From IMG/VR virus record IMGVR_UViG_3300045988_010208: a stretch of DNA of 64,000 nucleotides. The stretch is one strand, 5' to 3'. The position numbers and the translations under genes are program-made. Positions 33,345 through 41,645 of the stretch are shown in pieces; position 1 is the stretch's first letter; the number at the start of each line of letters is the position of its first letter. This DNA is from a virus. Its lineage: Duplodnaviria; Heunggongvirae; Uroviricota; Caudoviricetes. A model generated the notes under the pieces. It searched no databases. It had not been told where the DNA came from and saw only the letters and a program-made list of their open reading frames with translations.

Positions 33345-34414
33345 TTAACCAGCACCCAATCTTTTTAGGTGGTGAGAGAAAAACTTTTGACTCACTTAAT
33401 AAACACTACCCAAAAATCTTTGAACTTTATAAACAACAAAAAGCACAAGACTGGTCAGAAGATGAGTTTCCTTTTGAACAATCACGTCTTGATTTTGAGA
33501 GTGTGCCAGCATCAATGTCAGGTGTAATGCTTGAGATTCTGAAGTGGCAGTGGGAAGCAGATACTCAAGTTGCTAAGAGCTTGGCATTTGCCTTTGCACC
33601 ATTTATCTCTGATGACATCTATGCAACTGCAATTATGAAGCAGTCTGAGATTGAAAACCTTCATGCTCTTACTTACTCAGAGATTGTAAGGCAATGTATT
33701 AAAAACCCTGAAACAATCTTAGATGAGATTAACCAGAATGTTGCTGTGCAAGACCGATTAAAAACTGTGAATCGTGTTCTTGAAGAATTACTGGATGAAG
33801 GTATAAACTATCGTCTGAGTTATGTGCGTGATTCACTTCTGGACAAAGACCCTTTACACTTCCATAAAGTGATTCTGAAAGGGCTGTTTGCAGTGACTGC
33901 ACTTGAAGGTATATCTTTTATGGCATCCTTTGCATGTACCTTTGCACTTGATGCTCAAGATAAATTTCAGGGTATTGCTCAAGCTGTCCAGAAAATTATG
34001 CTTGACGAAATCCTTCACACTAAAATTGATATTGAAGTTTTAAAAGAAACTTTAAGAGATGATGAGTGGCAGAAAGCTTTTCAACAAATCCTTCCAGAGA
34101 TTAAAGTAATCTTAGATGAAGTAGTTGAAAGTGAAGAGAAATGGTCGTATTATATCTTCTCCGAAGGACGTGCTGTAGTTGGCTTAAATACAAAGCTTCT
34201 TCATGAGTGGGTTTACTATAATGCTGCCCCACTGTATGATATGTTTGGCATTCCCAGAGATTTTGTAGCTCCTAAAGAACCACCTTTGAAGTACATGATT
34301 AAGAAGATGGAAATTGATAAAGAGCAGAATGCTAATCAGGAGCAACAGAACGGTGCGTACCTATTGAATACTGTTGTAGATGATTTGAGTAGTGGATTTT
34401 TAGAGGTTCCTTAA
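33341..34414 (+). CDS. nrdB: ribonucleoside-diphosphate reductase (class I) small subunit
   Basis: ORF 33281-34414 trimmed to ATG at 33341 (AAGGAG RBS, ATGA overlap with upstream stop); ferritin-like iron-ligand motifs (LEGISFMASF, DEILHT). Confidence 0.88.
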   Translation: MINQHPIFLGGERKTFDSLNKHYPKIFELYKQQKAQDWSEDEFPFEQSRLDFESVPASMSGVMLEILKWQWEADTQVAKSLAFAFAPFISDDIYATAIMKQSEIENLHALTYSEIVRQCIKNPETILDEINQNVAVQDRLKTVNRVLEELLDEGINYRLSYVRDSLLDKDPLHFHKVILKGLFAVTALEGISFMASFACTFALDAQDKFQGIAQAVQKIMLDEILHTKIDIEVLKETLRDDEWQKAFQQILPEIKVILDEVVESEEKWSYYIFSEGRAVVGLNTKLLHEWVYYNAAPLYDMFGIPRDFVAPKEPPLKYMIKKMEIDKEQNANQEQQNGAYLLNTVVDDLSSGFLEVP

Positions 34415-34656
34415 TGACTTATGTAATTTACTCCAAAACTGGATGCCCTCAGTGTGAGACTGCAAAGAATTTTGCAAAAGCTCGTGGTATTGACCATGTT
34501 GTGAGGATGTTAGGGCAGGATTATGAGCTATCAGAACTAATGGATATTGCACAGATGCCAGTTCGTCAGATGCCATTCATCATGAAAACTGATGGACAAA
34601 ACCTAAAACCTGTTGGGACGCTACAGAATTTTATGACAGAGGTGAATAATGCTTAA
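34414..34656 (+). CDS. glutaredoxin/NrdH-like redoxin
   Basis: 80 aa; N-terminal VIYSKTGCPQCETAK CxxC active site; immediately after nrdB. Confidence 0.7.
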   Translation: MTYVIYSKTGCPQCETAKNFAKARGIDHVVRMLGQDYELSELMDIAQMPVRQMPFIMKTDGQNLKPVGTLQNFMTEVNNA

Positions 34657-34855
34657 ACGCATTTGGGAAGGTTTGGTTGTTGATGCACCAGCTATTGTGA
34701 TTGGTATGCTTATTGTTAACCTATTTACTGACTTTGAACAAGGTTCATTGTTTGGAGCCATGTTACTATGGGTTATCTTCGAAATATTAGAGATACAGTT
34801 AGGTATCACTGAAAAACTAAGAGAACTCTTTGCGAAGTTTTCTAAAAAGATTTAA
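34649..34855 (+). CDS. small membrane protein
   Basis: 68-aa hydrophobic ORF. Confidence 0.35.
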   Translation: MLKRIWEGLVVDAPAIVIGMLIVNLFTDFEQGSLFGAMLLWVIFEILEIQLGITEKLRELFAKFSKKI

Positions 34856-34861
34856 AATGAA

Positions 34862-34885
34862 AGGGTCTCTTCGGAGACCTTTTTA
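34862..34885 (+). terminator. intrinsic terminator
   Basis: GGUCUC-UUCG-GAGACC hairpin followed by UUUUU. Confidence 0.7.
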
Positions 34886-34903
34886 GCATGTAAAGGGGCA
34901 ATA

Positions 34904-37048
34904 ATGAACAAAGTACAGATTATTAAAAAGAATGGCTCACTCGAAGAACCTGATATCAAAAAAGTTTTAGCAGCAGTCACAAAGTCAGCTAATAGGGTTG
35001 GGTATAAAGAACTCCCACCAGATGTTACCCAAGCTCTTGAGTCAGCATTTATGAGGATTCTGGTAAAATCCACTAAGCAGAATAATTTGCTAATTTCTGT
35101 AAATGATATTCACAGTATTGTTGAGGGTGCTTTGGCAGAAGTCAATCACGAGATTTATGAATCTTACTCAACATATAGAAATTACCGTAAAGAAGTTGCT
35201 CAAAATTGGGATGAACTCTACCAGAAGACCAGAGATACACTCTTCTTAGGTGACAGAGAGAATGCTAACTTTGACAGCAGTTTAATTTCTACAAAAGGTT
35301 CAATTATTCGTGGTTACCTGACTAAAGAAATCTTTAAACAGTACCATTTAACACCAGAGGAACTTGAAGCCATTGAAAAAGGGTTTATCTATATCCATGA
35401 TTTAAGAGACCTAATTTTTGGTGGTATCAACTGTTGCCTGTTTGACATTGGTAAAGTACTGAAAGGTGGCTTTGAAATGTCTGGCATTGAATATTGTGAA
35501 CCAAAGTCTGTGCTATCAGCCTTACAGGTTATTGGTGATGTAGTTCTTTCAGCAACTGCACAGCAATTTGGTGGCTTTACTTTAGCAGAGATTGATAAGG
35601 TACTTGTACCGTATGCTAAGAAGTCTCTACATTACCATGCTGAAAAAGCAGCGTCTTACGGTATTCCTAAAGAACATTACCACAATTATGTCATGGAGCA
35701 GCTACAGATTGAATTAACTCAAGGTTTTCAGTCTCTTGAAATGAAGCTCAATACTGTACCTTGCAGCCGTGGGGATTTTGCATTCACAACTTTGACATTC
35801 GGGTTACTTGACTCAGATATGTCCAATGAAGATAACCGACTGCAATACATGATTGCAAGTACTCTCCTAGATGTTCGTATGAATGGACAAGGTAAGAGCA
35901 AGAAGCCTGTTGTATTCCCTAAACTGGTTTATATTTATGACCAGAAGAGACACGATGAGAATATCTGTCAAGGCCACCTGTACAGTAAAGCTATTGAGTG
36001 TTGCTCTAAAGCAATGTATCCAGATTTCTTAAGTGTATCTGGTCATGGTGCTGTAGCAGAGGCTTTTGAGCGTTCTGGCAAGGTAATTTCACCGATGGGT
36101 TGCCGAGCGTTCTTATCACCATATCTTAACGATAATGGGGAAGAGTTCTATGTTGGTCGTGCTAACATTGGTGCTGTATCTTTGAACTTACCAATGATTT
36201 ACCAGTATTCTAAAGAGAATGGCTTAGATTTCTGGAAAGAGCTTGATAAGTACCTAGAAATGATTCGCAGCTTCCACAAGAAACGTTACGAAATGATTGC
36301 TAATATGCCAGCAAGTTCTAACCCTCTTGCATTCACACAAGGTGGTCTGTATAAAGGAACTAAGAAGCCTACTGACAGGGTTGGTTGGGATATTGTGAAG
36401 TCTTTCACAGCTTCTTTTGGGGTTACTGCGCTTGATGAGCTGTCTGTTCTTGCTGAAGGTAAACGACTTCATGAAGTTGGAAGCTGTAGTTTTGCATACG
36501 ATGTGCTGGAATATATCAACATGAAGACTGAAGAGTTTAAAAATGAAGATGGCTTCTTATATGCAGTCTATGGCACTCCAGCAGAATCACTTTGTGGAAC
36601 TCAGCTAAAACAGTTCAGAGATATGTTTGGAGTTATCAAGGGTGTTTCTGATAAGGAATACTTTACAAACAGTTTCCATATGAATGTTGCAGCAGACATC
36701 TCACCATTTGAGAAGCAGGACTTAGAAGAGCCATTCTTCCATATCTGTAGAGGCGGCAGAATCCAGTATGTAAGAGTAGCTAACCCAGAAAACTTAACAG
36801 CACTTAAAAGTTGTATTACAAGAGGGATGTTGAAAGGTTTCTATCAGGGACTTAACTTTGACTTAGCAATCTGTGAACATTGTGGTAACAGACCAAAGGC
36901 TGATGTTGAAGAATGTGAGGTTTGTCATTCACACGATATCTCTGTGATTAACAGGGTGTGCGGGTACTTGTCATTCACAAAAATTAAAGGTCAGTCTCGA
37001 ATGAATGACGCTAAGATGGCAGAAATTAAGGATAGGGTTTCTATGTAA
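34904..37048 (+). CDS. nrdD: anaerobic ribonucleoside-triphosphate reductase (class III)
   Basis: 714 aa; C-terminal zinc ribbon CEHCG...CEVC and glycyl-radical motif RVCGYL. Confidence 0.9.
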   Translation: MNKVQIIKKNGSLEEPDIKKVLAAVTKSANRVGYKELPPDVTQALESAFMRILVKSTKQNNLLISVNDIHSIVEGALAEVNHEIYESYSTYRNYRKEVAQNWDELYQKTRDTLFLGDRENANFDSSLISTKGSIIRGYLTKEIFKQYHLTPEELEAIEKGFIYIHDLRDLIFGGINCCLFDIGKVLKGGFEMSGIEYCEPKSVLSALQVIGDVVLSATAQQFGGFTLAEIDKVLVPYAKKSLHYHAEKAASYGIPKEHYHNYVMEQLQIELTQGFQSLEMKLNTVPCSRGDFAFTTLTFGLLDSDMSNEDNRLQYMIASTLLDVRMNGQGKSKKPVVFPKLVYIYDQKRHDENICQGHLYSKAIECCSKAMYPDFLSVSGHGAVAEAFERSGKVISPMGCRAFLSPYLNDNGEEFYVGRANIGAVSLNLPMIYQYSKENGLDFWKELDKYLEMIRSFHKKRYEMIANMPASSNPLAFTQGGLYKGTKKPTDRVGWDIVKSFTASFGVTALDELSVLAEGKRLHEVGSCSFAYDVLEYINMKTEEFKNEDGFLYAVYGTPAESLCGTQLKQFRDMFGVIKGVSDKEYFTNSFHMNVAADISPFEKQDLEEPFFHICRGGRIQYVRVANPENLTALKSCITRGMLKGFYQGLNFDLAICEHCGNRPKADVEECEVCHSHDISVINRVCGYLSFTKIKGQSRMNDAKMAEIKDRVSM

Positions 37049-37055
37049 CATCGAA

Positions 37056-37613
37056 ATGAATTACGAACTAATATATAATGCAATTATTAAGAAGGCACAT
37101 TCTGAAAGGGGTGTGCCTCTTACATACTACAAATGTCAAGGTAAGGGGTATGAAAGACACCATATCGTACCAGTATGTCTAGGTGGCGATAAAATTAGTG
37201 GAGATAATATTGCTTTACTTACACCTAGAGAACACTATATAGCTCATAAATTACTGGTTAAGATGTATCCAAACAATCATAAGTTATGGTTTGCATGGAA
37301 CAGGTTAGCTCATGATGGTTTAGATAGGAAAATATCATCCAGAGACTATGAAAAGGTAAGGGCTTTAAACTCGAAAGCTTTATCTATTGTGAATAAAGGC
37401 AGGGTTTTCACTGAAGAGCATCGAAGACGATTAGGAGAATCCCAAATAGGCAATACAAAGTCAAAAGGTTGTAAAAGGTCTATAGAAACAAGGAAGAAGA
37501 TGTCAGAAGCCGGAAAAAAGCCAAAGAAAAAGAAAACTTGCCCTCATTGTGGCATGACTGGTGGTGCTGGTAACATGACTCGATATCATTTTGACAATTG
37601 TAAGAAAAAATAA
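37056..37613 (+). CDS. HNH homing endonuclease
   Basis: ORF 37005-37613 trimmed to first ATG after the nrdD stop; HNH motif HHIVPVCLGGDKISGDNIALLTPREH; C-terminal CPHCG zinc finger. Confidence 0.7.
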   Translation: MNYELIYNAIIKKAHSERGVPLTYYKCQGKGYERHHIVPVCLGGDKISGDNIALLTPREHYIAHKLLVKMYPNNHKLWFAWNRLAHDGLDRKISSRDYEKVRALNSKALSIVNKGRVFTEEHRRRLGESQIGNTKSKGCKRSIETRKKMSEAGKKPKKKKTCPHCGMTGGAGNMTRYHFDNCKKK

Positions 37614-37777
37614 CCTTATGTAAAACTTGACAAGGTGGTGTGGGTCTTGATAGGCTTACATCACCTTTTTTATTGGATGTTAGATATGGCAGAGAGTATT
37701 ATTGGGTTGTTCATAGGTTCTGTCTTACTAGGGTTCTTTTTAGGACTCTCTTATTGTGAATTGAGAGATAAGTTAAA

Positions 37778-37978
37778 ATGTTTAAAATATCAAAAACGTT
37801 GATATACATACTCCACATTCTAATCTTCTTCTTTGGGGTTAGTGTTATGGTATGGGGTTTTTCAGACCCACAATGGAGTTTATCATATCATGGACAAATG
37901 GATTTATGGTCATGCTTCAAACCATTTTTAGGGTTAGCTATAGCATTCAGTGCATTACCAACTAGGGTGAAATTATGA
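37778..37978 (+). CDS. small membrane protein
   Basis: 66 aa with hydrophobic N-terminus ILHILIFFFGVSVMVWG. Confidence 0.35.
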   Translation: MFKISKTLIYILHILIFFFGVSVMVWGFSDPQWSLSYHGQMDLWSCFKPFLGLAIAFSALPTRVKL

Positions 37979-38370
37979 TTAAGTTGAACCAAAAACAGTT
38001 AGAGTGGGTTAAAGACTACGCCTCAGAGTGCGGCTCTTGCGAAAAGAATCACGTAAAATACTCAACATTCCATACAGTCTTCACATTGTACATCAGCGAC
38101 AACGTTCTAAGCGATTCCGTAGAAGATAGTGTAGCATTACCTAATGAATTACTTGATAAACTAGCTGTAGTCTCTGGAACTTGGTCTGAAGAAGATGGTC
38201 ACAAACTATCTGACGATGTTGTCTTCTACACCCTTGAAAACATCATGAATCCAGAGTACATTATGCTAATGACTTGCGCACAAGATTGTGTACCATTACA
38301 AAACTTTATTAAAGAGCACTGTGAAGAGTTTATTACTAAACAGGTTCCTTGTCAGGTGGTGTTTGAATGA
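37975..38370 (+). CDS. hypothetical protein
   Basis: 131-aa ORF, overlapping start. Confidence 0.35.
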   Translation: MIKLNQKQLEWVKDYASECGSCEKNHVKYSTFHTVFTLYISDNVLSDSVEDSVALPNELLDKLAVVSGTWSEEDGHKLSDDVVFYTLENIMNPEYIMLMTCAQDCVPLQNFIKEHCEEFITKQVPCQVVFE

Positions 38371-38666
38371 GTAAAACAATTCGAAGAAAAGGTTTAAAGA
38401 ACGTTCATGGGCTTTATGAGTGGAGAAATGAGGTACGTAACAGAGAAAACGCTTCAGATGTCTACTTCCATTCTGATATGATGTCCAGAAAAGGTGGCTC
38501 TTATGACTTTACAAGCCAACCTTGTAGAGAGATTAAGAAGGCTACTAAACGTCTTACAAGAACACAAATAAGGCAGCTTTCTAAGACATCTTTCTTAGAT
38601 GAAGACTTTGACATTGATAGTAAGTCCCCAAAGAAAGCTGCTAAGAACACTTATATGTATTGGTGA
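38367..38666 (+). CDS. hypothetical protein
   Basis: 99-aa ORF. Confidence 0.35.
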   Translation: MSKTIRRKGLKNVHGLYEWRNEVRNRENASDVYFHSDMMSRKGGSYDFTSQPCREIKKATKRLTRTQIRQLSKTSFLDEDFDIDSKSPKKAAKNTYMYW

Positions 38667-38675
38667 GGTAACTAG

Positions 38676-39161
38676 ATGAATTACATGGAGATTAGACCAT
38701 TTGATACAGCTAATGGTGAAGGGGTTCGTGTAAGCCTCTTCGTAGCTGGTTGTAAGCATCACTGTGAAGGCTGCTTTAACAGGGAGTCTTGGAAGTTTAA
38801 TGCTGGTAAAGAGTTCACTTATGCAAACCTCTATGGAATCATCCAGTTAATGGGTGACGATGCTGTCAGTGGGTTGTCAATACTTGGTGGAGAACCTCTG
38901 GATGATAGAAATATTCAAGAGGTTACCAACATATGCAAACGTATTAAAACTGTTTATCCAGAGAAGTCTATATGGTTATGGACGGGTTTTCAACTACACG
39001 AAAAAATTCACCTAGATGTGATGAAATATGTTGACGTGGTGATTGATGGTAAGTATGATTCATCTAAACCAACAGTTAAACCGTATCGTGGTTCTGATAA
39101 CCAAAACCTCTGGAGAAAAGAGTATGGGTGGCAAGGCGATTGTCAGTGGAGAGCCGAGTAA
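38676..39161 (+). CDS. nrdG: anaerobic ribonucleotide reductase activating protein (radical SAM)
   Basis: 161 aa; radical-SAM cluster motif CKHHCEGCFN (Cx3Cx2C). Confidence 0.85.
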   Translation: MNYMEIRPFDTANGEGVRVSLFVAGCKHHCEGCFNRESWKFNAGKEFTYANLYGIIQLMGDDAVSGLSILGGEPLDDRNIQEVTNICKRIKTVYPEKSIWLWTGFQLHEKIHLDVMKYVDVVIDGKYDSSKPTVKPYRGSDNQNLWRKEYGWQGDCQWRAE

Positions 39162-39227
39162 GTCTCGTCGTAAAGTAGGTTATCGGTAAAGGCCACTTTA
39201 CAATGCTCTACAGAACAAACTTAGCCG

Positions 39228-39545
39228 TTGGTGTCACTGAAGAAGAACTTAAAACATTTTGTGAAAAGATTGAGAGAGAGATACGAAATGGGAATCTGGA
39301 ATAGTTTTAAAGCAAAAGTAAAAGCAGCACTAGCTTCATTAGGTATGCTCACTGGGGTTGATGTGACTCATCTTATGCAGAACTTTAAGATGGATGAGAA
39401 GCTGGCTAATGAGATTATGAAAAGTATCTATGTAGGCCGTGGTAAAGGTGGTAAGAAACAAGCCCACCGTCCGTCTGGTGCAGCAGCTATTAAACGAGCA
39501 GCTAAGAAAGCTCGTAACCGTAAACGTAATAAGAAGGCTAAATAA
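39228..39545 (+). CDS. small basic protein
   Basis: 105-aa ORF; C-terminal tail KRAAKKARNRKRNKKAK; real start may be the internal MGIWNSF Met. Confidence 0.35.
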   Translation: MVSLKKNLKHFVKRLRERYEMGIWNSFKAKVKAALASLGMLTGVDVTHLMQNFKMDEKLANEIMKSIYVGRGKGGKKQAHRPSGAAAIKRAAKKARNRKRNKKAK

Positions 39546-39547
39546 TC

Positions 39548-39868
39548 ATGAGCAAAGTTTATAACACTCGCAAATTACAGATTTTCGTACTGTGTCAGTT
39601 TATGGCTAAAGAATACAATTTCTACTATTGTGGTACAGGTTTCATTAGCGACGATGATGGCTCATACCTCCCATTCAAAGAAGCTGTAAAGCTCTTTAAT
39701 GGAGAGGAAAGCTCTAAGAAAGATATTGAAAAGGTTAAGCTAACCTACAGCAAGAAAGATAAGAAGATTATCTGCCTAGATAACTTTGTAAAAGTTACTG
39801 GAGAAGCAAAAGAGTTTATGGATGAGAGTGAGATTTCATTCACAAGCATCTTGAAAGTAGCTCAGTAA
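39548..39868 (+). CDS. hypothetical protein
   Basis: 106-aa ORF followed by a terminator. Confidence 0.35.
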   Translation: MSKVYNTRKLQIFVLCQFMAKEYNFYYCGTGFISDDDGSYLPFKEAVKLFNGEESSKKDIEKVKLTYSKKDKKIICLDNFVKVTGEAKEFMDESEISFTSILKVAQ

Positions 39869-39881
39869 ACAGATACTATAA

Positions 39882-39906
39882 GGGAACTGTAAAGGTTCCC
39901 TTTTTT
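39882..39906 (+). terminator. intrinsic terminator
   Basis: GGGAAC-UGUAAAG-GUUCCC hairpin followed by UUUUUUAUUUU. Confidence 0.7.
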
Positions 39907-39920
39907 ATTTTGGAGATAAA

Positions 39921-40436
39921 ATGTATCTGTCAAACCTGAAACGTTCGGCTGCAATGTCAGTTCTAAGACTCAGCTTTGAGGAACGTCAAGAGTTCATTGA
40001 CTCCCACCAATACGACCCTTCTAACTCGAATCACATGGTTCTTTGGAATCGTGATAACTTCCGTGAAAGAGCACTTGTCCGTTATTACCCACACTACACA
40101 ATAGATAACCTGTATGAATGGTGCGTTGTGAAGAACACTATTGCAACACTGAACAATCTTTGCAGGTATACAGGTAAGCAAGCATTTACATTAGGCCACC
40201 ACAAACCTGTTACAAAGGGTGGTGAGCATCACTGCGCAAACTGGTTTATCCAGACTAAACTTGATAACCAGAAGCAAGGGGATAATCTTCTAAGCACACC
40301 TAAGATGACCTATGAAGAGCAAGAGAAATATATCAAAAATAATATGCCAGATGTGCTTGACAACAACTATACAGATTTGGCAATATCTCTCCTGTTGAAG
40401 TTCGAGACAGTTTATAGGGCAACTTACAATGGCTAA
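39921..40436 (+). CDS. putative HNH endonuclease
   Basis: 171 aa; GHHKPVTKGGEHHCANWFIQTKLDNQKQG resembles an HNH core. Confidence 0.45.
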   Translation: MYLSNLKRSAAMSVLRLSFEERQEFIDSHQYDPSNSNHMVLWNRDNFRERALVRYYPHYTIDNLYEWCVVKNTIATLNNLCRYTGKQAFTLGHHKPVTKGGEHHCANWFIQTKLDNQKQGDNLLSTPKMTYEEQEKYIKNNMPDVLDNNYTDLAISLLLKFETVYRATYNG

Positions 40437-40707
40437 AGAGAAGTGGGAGATTTTACCATTAGTCAGTGAAGGTGGTAATGGTTGTGAAATGTACATGATA
40501 CGTGGTCATGTTCCAGAACCAATTGCACTTGAGATGGTAAACAACTTTACAGATGGTTCTTACAAAGACTTAGGAGAGCCAACTATAAAGCAGCAATGGG
40601 TAAAGCCTGTACCAGACAGCACAGGTAACTGTAGTGTACTTTATCACGTTGTAGACCCTGCAAAATGCAAATCTGCAATGGCAGTAACAAACGTAACTTT
40701 TGATTGA
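40429..40707 (+). CDS. hypothetical protein
   Basis: 92-aa ORF. Confidence 0.35.
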   Translation: MAKEKWEILPLVSEGGNGCEMYMIRGHVPEPIALEMVNNFTDGSYKDLGEPTIKQQWVKPVPDSTGNCSVLYHVVDPAKCKSAMAVTNVTFD

Positions 40708-41600
40708 GAGAGAAAACTATGAAAACTGTTATTGAAGCCGTCGTCACCGCACAAGAGAAATTCTTCCACACAGAAAAATTTAATATCATTCAATTCCCAT
40801 CTGGAGAAATTGGTGGAAACTTCTCTGAAGATTTTGTTAAGTTTACTGAGCGTAATGCTGGTAAGATTGACAATGTTATACTTACTGTACAGGGATATGA
40901 CAAAGATACACTGTTTGCATTAGCTTTGGCTAAGGATGCCGTTGACAGTCTTGTTCCCCAGAAATCAGCGATGAAAACCGTTGTTTTCGGGTTCTTACCA
41001 AATGCTCGATATGACCGCCACATGTTCAAAGGTGATGCAGCAGCACTGAAAGTCTTTGCCAACCTAGTTAATGCAATGGGCTTTGATGCAGTATGTGCTC
41101 TTGACCCTCACAGCAATGTTGCAGAAAACTTATTTAAGTGCTTTCAGAGCATGAAGCAAAAAGATGTGGCAGTACACTTTGCAAGTGACCCACGCATTGA
41201 TTTCTTGGTAGCCCCAGATGCAGGTGCAGCTAAGAAGACTGAAGATGCCGCTAAAGAGGTGGATAAACCATATATCACAATGGCTAAGGTGCGAAACCTT
41301 AAGACTGGAGAAATCACTGGTATGCGAATCCTTGACGATGTTGATTTGACCGATAAAACTGTCATGATTCTTGATGATATCTGTGATGGTGGTCGAACAT
41401 TCGTAGAGGCAGCTAAACACCTACGTGAAGCAGGTGCAAAACGTGTGGAACTCTATGTAACTCATGGTATTTTCTCTAAAGGTGTTGAAAACTTACTTGA
41501 CAATGGTATTGACCATATCTACACTACAAACACTTTAGGTGAAGCTAAAGACCGTGGCTTAACACATTACGGCCAAGTTACTGTAGCAACCATTGATTGA
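40704..41600 (+). CDS. PRPP synthetase-family protein (ribose-phosphate pyrophosphokinase or ADP-ribose pyrophosphokinase homologue)
   Basis: 298 aa; type I phosphoribosyltransferase-fold PRPP-binding loop VMILDDICDGGRTF; directly upstream of the NAMPT-like gene. Confidence 0.75.
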   Translation: MREKTMKTVIEAVVTAQEKFFHTEKFNIIQFPSGEIGGNFSEDFVKFTERNAGKIDNVILTVQGYDKDTLFALALAKDAVDSLVPQKSAMKTVVFGFLPNARYDRHMFKGDAAALKVFANLVNAMGFDAVCALDPHSNVAENLFKCFQSMKQKDVAVHFASDPRIDFLVAPDAGAAKKTEDAAKEVDKPYITMAKVRNLKTGEITGMRILDDVDLTDKTVMILDDICDGGRTFVEAAKHLREAGAKRVELYVTHGIFSKGVENLLDNGIDHIYTTNTLGEAKDRGLTHYGQVTVATID

Positions 41601-41608
41601 AACTTTAT

Positions 41609-41630
41609 AGGGGCTTGAAAGCCCCATTTT
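41609..41630 (+). terminator. weak terminator-like hairpin / attenuator
   Basis: GGGGC-UUGAAA-GCCCC hairpin followed by AUUUU; weak T-tract. Confidence 0.35.
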
Positions 41631-41645
41631 GAGAGAGATTAAAAG

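Noticed and set aside
37627-37672. TTGACA followed by a long imperfect hairpin and T-run after the HNH gene 37056-37613, as a promoter
   Set aside because: No acceptable -10 hexamer at 16-18 nt spacing; more consistent with a weak terminator, so not listed as a feature.
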